From contig OZ244960.1 in assembly GCA_965222605.1 (NCBI GenBank), forward strand, positions 3,776,001 through 3,840,000: a stretch of DNA of 64,000 bases. Direction: 5' to 3'. Position 1 is the first letter of the stretch; every line of letters begins with the position of its first letter. The stretch is from Candidatus Latescibacterota bacterium (GTDB lineage: Bacteria > Latescibacterota > UBA2968). The translations under genes and the position numbers were made by a program. Shown here piece by piece: positions 57,694-64,000 of the stretch. Below the pieces are notes generated by a model. The model was not told where the DNA came from and ran no database searches. It saw only the letters and a list, made by a program, of their open reading frames with translations.

Positions 57694-58650
57694 ATGGTGA
57701 AACGGAAATTGGGATATGTGGGGCTGGGGATGATGGGGGGTGGGATGGCGAGTCATTTGGTTGCGAGTGGTTATGATGTTGCGGTTCACGATTTGCGGGA
57801 TGAAGCGGTGCAGGTTTTGCAGGAGAAAGGGGCAACGGGTGTGAATACCCCCCGGGCTGTTGCCGAGCGGTCAGAGGTTGTTATTTCTTCGCTGCCAACT
57901 CCGCAAGCTGTTGAGCAAGTTGCTTTGGGATCAGATGGTATTGTTTCCGGATTGTCTGAGGGGCAGGTTTATATCGATATGAGTTCGATTGACCCGGATA
58001 CGACGCTTAAGGTCGGCAGGGTTGTAGCAGAAAAGGGTGGGCATATGCTGGATGTGCCTGTGGGCAAGGGTCCGGCAGACGCGGCACAAGGTGGATTGAC
58101 GCTGATGATTGGCGGCGATGCCAATGTGGTGGCGTCTGTACAAGATGTGCTGGATACATTGGGCGACGAGCAGTTTTATTGTGGCGAGTTGGGCATGGGG
58201 GTGACGACAAAGCTGGTTAATAATCTGGTGTCGTGCTCGGTTGCTACGCTGTTGGGTGAGGCATTTGCGATGGGTACTGCTGCGGGATTGGATGTCGATG
58301 TGTTGTGGGATGTGATGTCAACTACGGCTGCAAATTCATCGCATTTGCAGAGGAGTTTTAAACACCGTGCAATGGCGCGAAATTTTGAACCCAATTTTAA
58401 GCTGCGGTTGTCACACAAGGACCTCGGGTTGGCTGCACAGATGGCCGGTGCTCTGGGGGCGACAAATTTGATGGGCGCGGCAGCGTATCAGATTCAGACC
58501 ATAGCGATGGGGATGGGGTTGGGCGATGAAGATCAGACGGCGACGATTAAGGTGGCGGAGGAGACGGCGGGGATAGAGGTGAGAAGGCGATCCGCAGATG
58601 ACGCAGATAAAAAAGAGGGGCTGGGGGCTGGCAGGCGTTGTACCTATTGA
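57694..58650 (+). CDS. Beta-hydroxyacid dehydrogenase (3-hydroxyisobutyrate DH family)
   Basis: GLGMMG, DVPVG, KLVNN, KDLGLA. Confidence 0.88.
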   Translation: MVKRKLGYVGLGMMGGGMASHLVASGYDVAVHDLRDEAVQVLQEKGATGVNTPRAVAERSEVVISSLPTPQAVEQVALGSDGIVSGLSEGQVYIDMSSIDPDTTLKVGRVVAEKGGHMLDVPVGKGPADAAQGGLTLMIGGDANVVASVQDVLDTLGDEQFYCGELGMGVTTKLVNNLVSCSVATLLGEAFAMGTAAGLDVDVLWDVMSTTAANSSHLQRSFKHRAMARNFEPNFKLRLSHKDLGLAAQMAGALGATNLMGAAAYQIQTIAMGMGLGDEDQTATIKVAEETAGIEVRRRSADDADKKEGLGAGRRCTY

Positions 58651-58688
58651 GTAATGTGGTATATTCTTTAGAGAAAAGGAGGATGGAG

Positions 58689-59549
58689 ATGCCAGTTTTG
58701 AGCGAGAGAGATTGGGATTTTTGGCGGGAGAATGGGTATGTGGTGGTACACAATGCGGTGCCGCAAGAAAATTTGGATGCGATGGTGGATACGATCTGGA
58801 CGTTTTTGGAGATAGATCGCGATAATCCGGAGGATTGGTATAAGCACAAACCCTATACGCGCGGGAATCCGTGTTCGATGATTGCTGCGTCGGGGATGGT
58901 GGAAATTTATCAGCATCAGGCATTGTGGGATAACCGGCAGTATCCCCGCTTGCATCAGGCGTTTTCCGAAATTTGGGGAACGGAGCAGTTGTGGGTATCG
59001 CTGGATCGCGCGAATATGAAGCCGCCTTCGCGGGCAGATAAACCCGATTGGCAAAATGAGGGTATGATTCACTGGGATGCGGATACGTCTGTGCCCAAAG
59101 TGCCTTTTGGGGTGCAGGGGGTGTTGTATTTGACGGATACTTCGGAGGATCAGGGCGGGTTTCAGTGTGTGCCGGGGTTTAATAATATTTTTGAGGAGTG
59201 GGTCAAGGCGCAGCCGGAGGATCGCGATCCCCGGCGGCCCAATCTGGACGATCTGGAAGTGAAGTCAATTCCGGGCAAAGCAGGTGATCTTTTGATCTGG
59301 CATCGGTTGCTGGCACACGGCAATGGGCACAATCGCTCGGATAGGCCCCGTCTGGCGCAGTATATTACGATGTCGCTGGCAGAGGGACGCGGGGAGGCCG
59401 AGCGGGAAGAGCGCATTCAGGCATGGCGGGATTGCAGGCCCACGCCCCGCTGGCCGGGTGATCCGAGAGATTGGGAACACGAAACGCAAAAGCCCGCGAA
59501 GTTGACAGAATTGGGTGAGAAGCTGTTGGGAGTGACGTCGTGGAATTGA
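58689..59549 (+). CDS. PhyH family dioxygenase
   Basis: FWRENGY, IHWD, AGDLLIWHRLLAH. Confidence 0.87.
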   Translation: MPVLSERDWDFWRENGYVVVHNAVPQENLDAMVDTIWTFLEIDRDNPEDWYKHKPYTRGNPCSMIAASGMVEIYQHQALWDNRQYPRLHQAFSEIWGTEQLWVSLDRANMKPPSRADKPDWQNEGMIHWDADTSVPKVPFGVQGVLYLTDTSEDQGGFQCVPGFNNIFEEWVKAQPEDRDPRRPNLDDLEVKSIPGKAGDLLIWHRLLAHGNGHNRSDRPRLAQYITMSLAEGRGEAEREERIQAWRDCRPTPRWPGDPRDWEHETQKPAKLTELGEKLLGVTSWN

Positions 59550-59569
59550 AGGACTAATGGAGAAATCTC

Positions 59570-60331
59570 ATGGGCGTTTTAACGGAAGCACAACGCGCGC
59601 AATACGAAAGAGATGGGTATCTTCTGGCGTCGGGTTTGATTCCCGAAGATGTGGCGGAACGAGCAGAAGCGGCGATGTGGTGGATTATGGGTATGACGCC
59701 AGGTGATCCAGAGACCTGGCATAGAAAACCCGAAGGTGTTGCTGATTTTCAGGCCGCGCGGGGATTGTCTGTGTTTAACGGTCTTCGCGATCGGGATTTG
59801 ATGGCCTGTGCAACGCCGCAGTATTTGAAAGCGACGGCTGAGTTGATCGGTGAAGATGACGTGCATCCGCCAGAAGCGGTTCACACACAGAATAAAGTTC
59901 CGGTCAATGGGGAATGGTCTTTGCCCAGGGCGCATGTTGATGGCATTCCCAAAGCACACATGCACGAGACGTTTCCCGGTCCTTATCGCATTGCGAGTCT
60001 GGTATTTTTGAGTGATGTGAAACACAAGGGGGGTGGGACGGCGGTTTTTCCCGGCTCGCATCGAAAGATCCGCGGACTTGCAGAGTCGGATCGAGAAAAG
60101 TACAGATACTTGTTTTATCTGAACCAGGATATTCCCAAGCTGGATTTGGGCGATCCGATTGAGTTGACACCAAAACGCGGGGATGTGTTGTTTTTTACTT
60201 ATTTGTTTGGGCACAATGGCACGGCAAATGTGGGTGGGCGTCCGCGCTGGATGATGCGGTATTTTTGCTCTTGCAAAGCGTGTCAGACCCGCTGGAAGAA
60301 GACGGAAGATTGGGGCCTGTGGTCCCCGTGA
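59570..60331 (+). CDS. PhyH family dioxygenase
   Basis: YERDGY, HVDG, PGSH, FGH. Confidence 0.85.
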   Translation: MGVLTEAQRAQYERDGYLLASGLIPEDVAERAEAAMWWIMGMTPGDPETWHRKPEGVADFQAARGLSVFNGLRDRDLMACATPQYLKATAELIGEDDVHPPEAVHTQNKVPVNGEWSLPRAHVDGIPKAHMHETFPGPYRIASLVFLSDVKHKGGGTAVFPGSHRKIRGLAESDREKYRYLFYLNQDIPKLDLGDPIELTPKRGDVLFFTYLFGHNGTANVGGRPRWMMRYFCSCKACQTRWKKTEDWGLWSP

Positions 60332-60341
60332 GGAGCGTGTG

Positions 60342-61118
60342 ATGGAACTGACAAAATCTCAGAAGTTGGAATTTTACAGAGAGGGATTTTTGAAAATTGA
60401 GGGCGCTGTGCCGCGCGTGATGGTGCAGGCGGCGCGTCAGGCGATTAATGCGGAGATTGGGAAGGGTACGAGGCATGCTTTTGCGGATGTTCGCGCGATG
60501 CCGGTGATTACGGATCTGTTTAACGAGACACCGGTATTTTCATTGCTCGAATCGGCATTGGGCAAGGGGAATTTGCAATGCCAGAGCAATGGTGCTGTGA
60601 AGCTGAATTATCCCGCGGGGGTTGGGACGCCGCAAAGAGATCCCCAACTTGCGACTGCGGGACCTCCGCTGCGAACGGGTGGTCATTTGGATGGGATTGC
60701 AAAGGCGCGCGATTTTTTGAGGGGAACGGTTGAAAAGAGCGGGTACAGTCGAGATTTTACGGCTTTTGCTGTGGTGTATCTGGACAATGTGCCCGCGTCG
60801 TATTGCGGCAATTTTACGGTTTGGCCAAAGTCACACCATGTGATGGAAGATGTTTTTCGCGAAAAAGGGCATGAGATTTTGTTGAATTATATGCCCGATG
60901 TGACGGTGCCCGATGGTCCGGTGCAGTTGACCGGCGAGCCTGGCGATCTCATTCTGGCGCATCACCAGATTATTCACACGGCGGCGATCAATGCGTGTCC
61001 AGATATCCGATATGCCGTGATTTTCAGGGCGAGGCATGTCGATATCGGAAAGAACGGCAAGGATGTGTTTATGGATATTTGGCGAGAGTGGGATGGGATC
61101 AGAGCGGAAATCGAATAA
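60342..61118 (+). CDS. PhyH family dioxygenase
   Basis: FYREGF, HLDG, PGDLILAHHQIIH. Confidence 0.85.
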   Translation: MELTKSQKLEFYREGFLKIEGAVPRVMVQAARQAINAEIGKGTRHAFADVRAMPVITDLFNETPVFSLLESALGKGNLQCQSNGAVKLNYPAGVGTPQRDPQLATAGPPLRTGGHLDGIAKARDFLRGTVEKSGYSRDFTAFAVVYLDNVPASYCGNFTVWPKSHHVMEDVFREKGHEILLNYMPDVTVPDGPVQLTGEPGDLILAHHQIIHTAAINACPDIRYAVIFRARHVDIGKNGKDVFMDIWREWDGIRAEIE

Positions 61119-61130
61119 CGGGAGTGTGAG

Positions 61131-61919
61131 ATGGATTTGGGATTAAAAGGAAAAAGGGCGGTTGTTACGGGTGGTAGTCAGGGGATTGGGCGATGTTGCG
61201 CTCTGGCATTGGCGCGGGAGGGGGCGCAGGTTTGTATTGCGGCGCGTACGCGGGAGACGTTGGATGCGGTGGTTGCTGAGATCAATGCAGCAGGTGGGAA
61301 AGGGCATGCGGTTGCGGTTGATTTGACGCGAGAAGAAAATTGTGAGGTGGTGGTCAATGAGGCCATAGGCGCGTTTGGAGGGGTGGATGTGCTGGTCAAT
61401 AATGTGGGGGCTGCGCGCAATGCCGATATTTTGGATTTGGATGTGGTGCAGATTAGCGAGGCGTTGCAGTTGAAGAGTTATAGTTATTTGCAGATGGCGC
61501 AGTTGGTGATTCCGCTGATGCGGGAAAATGGATGGGGGCGTATTGTCAATATCGCGGGTGGCGCGGGCACGAGTCCCACGCGAAGCAATATTCCGACGGG
61601 GGCGGCCAATGCGATCATTTTGAATATGACGCGTGCGCTGTCCGATGCGGTGTCTGGCGATGGTATCCTGGTGAATGCGGTTTGCCCGGGGTTGACCAAT
61701 ACGCCTCGCGCTCGTTCGCAACAAAAGGCGCGGGCAGACCGCGAGGGGCGAGATGTCGAGGCGGTGCTTAAAGATCTGGGTACAGAATTGCCCGCCGGGC
61801 GCATGGCCGAGCCTGAAGAGATCGCAAATGTCGTTACTTTTTTGGCGTCTGAGGCGTGTTCTTATGTGTTTGGCAGTTCGATTTATATGGATGGCGGTGG
61901 GAGAAGAGGGACGCCGTAG
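61131..61919 (+). CDS. SDR family oxidoreductase
   Basis: TGGSQGIG, NNVG, VCPG, MDGG; lacks the canonical YxxxK. Confidence 0.88.
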   Translation: MDLGLKGKRAVVTGGSQGIGRCCALALAREGAQVCIAARTRETLDAVVAEINAAGGKGHAVAVDLTREENCEVVVNEAIGAFGGVDVLVNNVGAARNADILDLDVVQISEALQLKSYSYLQMAQLVIPLMRENGWGRIVNIAGGAGTSPTRSNIPTGAANAIILNMTRALSDAVSGDGILVNAVCPGLTNTPRARSQQKARADREGRDVEAVLKDLGTELPAGRMAEPEEIANVVTFLASEACSYVFGSSIYMDGGGRRGTP

Positions 61920-61980
61920 AAGCCTATCGGAAAGGTCTCATTATTTAAGTTTCAAACAGATGTATTGATCTGATTTCTAT

Positions 61981-62005
61981 AAATCCGCTTTGCGGATTTT
62001 TTTTT
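61981..62005 (+). terminator. Probable terminator
   Basis: AAATCCGC/GCGGATTT stem plus T run. Confidence 0.55.
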
Positions 62006-62085
62006 GTCCAAAAGAAAACCGGATGGTTCTGGGGTGTGTCTATATAGGTGAGGGGTGAGATTTGGGGACCATTCGGAGGACACAG

Positions 62086-64000
62086 ATGGTTGAGAAAAAG
62101 GATAAAAGAACATCGCTTTTGCCCAGGATTTCGGTGACGAGGCCGGTTACGGTGACGATGTGTTTGGTGGGGTTGATGGTGATTGGGTTGGTGGCTTATT
62201 GGCGCATTCCCATTCAGGCATGGGCGTCGGGCAATGACTGGAATCGGTTTTGGGTGGATGTGGCGCAGGAGAATGCGTCGATTCAAGAGCGATTTAATAC
62301 CATTGCACTGCCGATGGAACGGCATATGCGTACGGTGAGAGAACTCAGCGATATTTACGCATTTGCCGGCGATCCATGGGCCGGGGTAGAGTTGAAATTT
62401 CACCGCGGTACGGATATGCGAGAGGCGTATGTTCGGGTGGCAGACCGACTTGAGCACGCCAGGCTCGATTTGCCCGAGGAGGTGCGCGATCGGATCAAGG
62501 TGTATTCGTGGAATCAGGAAACCGATTCCGAGGTGATCTGGACGGGGTTGTCCATTCCGGAGGATATTGTCAATAAGGAGCAATGGGTCCAAACCCATGT
62601 TCTCGATCCAATTGAGCGGATTGATGGGGTGGCGAAAACCAGTGTGTGGGGGTTTGAGAATAAGGAAGTTTTGATTCTGGTAGATCAAGAGCGGTTGCGT
62701 ACGCATGGTATTGAAACCTATGAGCTTGTGGCGTCGTTGCAGCAGGACAATTTTTCTTTATCTGGCGGTCATGTGCAGGAGGGAGGTAAGCGGTTTTACG
62801 TGCGATCCCTGGCGCATTATCAAAGTCTGAAGGAGATTGAGGATATTGTTGTTCAGAGTCGTTATAGCAGTACGCAGGTGCGCCTCAGGGATGTGGCCGA
62901 TGTGGTGTATGCTGCGCCGCCGCGAGACCGGGTGTGGCGCGTGGATGGGCAGCGCAATCTGGGCCTGGATGTATATAAGGAGTCGGGTGAGAATATTGTC
63001 GATTTGTGCAAGCGCATTGTGGTCAAGATGGAGGAGATTGAGGCCAATACGCCTGCGGTGTTTCGCCTGTTTTACAGCGAGGGCAAGCTGATAGAAGATT
63101 CGATGGACAATTTGAAAGTCACGGGACTTTGGGGCGGGTTGTTTGCGGCGCTGGTGTTGTTGTTTTTTCTACGCGCTTTGCGTATGACGGCGCTGATTAC
63201 GCTGTCCATTCCGCTGTGTGTAATGATGACGATTACCGTGCTCTATTTTATGGGGTGGTCGCTCAATTTGTTGACAATGATGGGGTTGATGGTAGGGGTG
63301 GGCATGGTGGTGGATAATGCGATTGTGATTGTGGAGAATATTTATCGCTTGCGGGCAGAGGGTGAAGATCCGCGCGGTGCATCTATCCACGGGGCCAGCG
63401 AGGTGGGGCTGGCGATTACGATGGCGACATTGACCACTGTGGTGGTTTTTTTGCCGATGATGCTGATGAATGACAGCTTTGATATGAAGTTTTTGCTGTC
63501 GAAAATTGGGATGCCCGTGGTGTTTGCGCTGGTGGCGTCTTTGTTTGTGGCGCTGTTGTTTATTCCCCTGGCTGCACAGCGGTTTGGCGATGTGGTGGTG
63601 AGGTCAGATCCAAAGTCCATCGCTTTTGTCCGCCGCATTTATCGGCGCGGGTTGAACTGGGTTATTCACCATCGGCGGGATGCGTTTCTCATGGTGCTGG
63701 TTTTGTTTGCCACCATTTATTTTCCAATGGAGAACGTGAAGAAGACCGATAAGATGCGTTTTTCTTCTAATCGCGTGACCATTCGCATGTATGGTCCCAA
63801 TAATTTTTCGCTGGAAGAGATGGATAAAATTGCGAGCGATCTGGAAGTATATGTGAATGAGCAGCGGGATAGGTATAAGATCAAAAATGTTATGACGTAT
63901 TTTCGGCGCGGGTATATCAATTTGCGAATGAATCTCGAGGAAGATCCCCATCAAGAGTGGTGGTATGCTGTGTATCGCTGGGCGCATGGGGTGATCGGCT
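62086..64000 (+). CDS. RND efflux permease, AcrB family (runs off the window)
   Basis: GGAGG plus ATG 62086; ISVTRPVTVTM, GMVVDNAIVIVENI, TLTTVVVFLP. Confidence 0.9.
   Translation, partial: MVEKKDKRTSLLPRISVTRPVTVTMCLVGLMVIGLVAYWRIPIQAWASGNDWNRFWVDVAQENASIQERFNTIALPMERHMRTVRELSDIYAFAGDPWAGVELKFHRGTDMREAYVRVADRLEHARLDLPEEVRDRIKVYSWNQETDSEVIWTGLSIPEDIVNKEQWVQTHVLDPIERIDGVAKTSVWGFENKEVLILVDQERLRTHGIETYELVASLQQDNFSLSGGHVQEGGKRFYVRSLAHYQSLKEIEDIVVQSRYSSTQVRLRDVADVVYAAPPRDRVWRVDGQRNLGLDVYKESGENIVDLCKRIVVKMEEIEANTPAVFRLFYSEGKLIEDSMDNLKVTGLWGGLFAALVLLFFLRALRMTALITLSIPLCVMMTITVLYFMGWSLNLLTMMGLMVGVGMVVDNAIVIVENIYRLRAEGEDPRGASIHGASEVGLAITMATLTTVVVFLPMMLMNDSFDMKFLLSKIGMPVVFALVASLFVALLFIPLAAQRFGDVVVRSDPKSIAFVRRIYRRGLNWVIHHRRDAFLMVLVLFATIYFPMENVKKTDKMRFSSNRVTIRMYGPNNFSLEEMDKIASDLEVYVNEQRDRYKIKNVMTYFRRGYINLRMNLEEDPHQEWWYAVYRWAHGVIG

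Noticed and set aside
35853-61118. PhyH proteins as Fe/2OG halogenases
   Set aside because: All retain the HxD carboxylate rather than HxA/G.
311-63987. Many long antisense or alternate-frame ORFs (e.g. 6618-7499, 29419-30579, 45590-46954, 49718-50575, 61945-62706)
   Set aside because: They shadow well-supported genes on the other strand or frame and have no recognisable motifs.

Overview
Bacterial chromosomal window. Most genes are on the G/T-rich + strand. The gene content (TonB receptors plus a PorV-family gene, sulfatases, eight PhyH dioxygenases) suggests an FCB-group organism such as a Latescibacterota/Gemmatimonadota-like lineage; this is inference. In order: two tandem TonB-dependent receptor paralogues; ilvB with an Ile/Val/Thr leader attenuator; an ECF sigma/anti-sigma/Spy operon; VOC, ggt and methyltransferase genes; an archaeal-type aspS preceded by an Asn/Asp-rich leader peptide attenuator; a beta-barrel/TBDR/T9SS-CTD protein/PorV/lipoprotein operon; DUF1800-DUF1501 plus an internally deleted DUF1800 copy; and a PhyH/sulfatase cluster. 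That cluster is split by a ~13.5 kb defence island: a type III-like Res with a VapB-like tail coupled to VapC, Mod, an IS1380-disrupted HEPN-motif gene, a PARIS-like pair and GmrSD. The window ends in an RND permease. Intergenic DNA holds REPs, MITEs and nested 20-30 nt micro-insertions. No rRNA, tRNA or CRISPR array was seen. Family calls come from motif recognition by eye, not from database searches.
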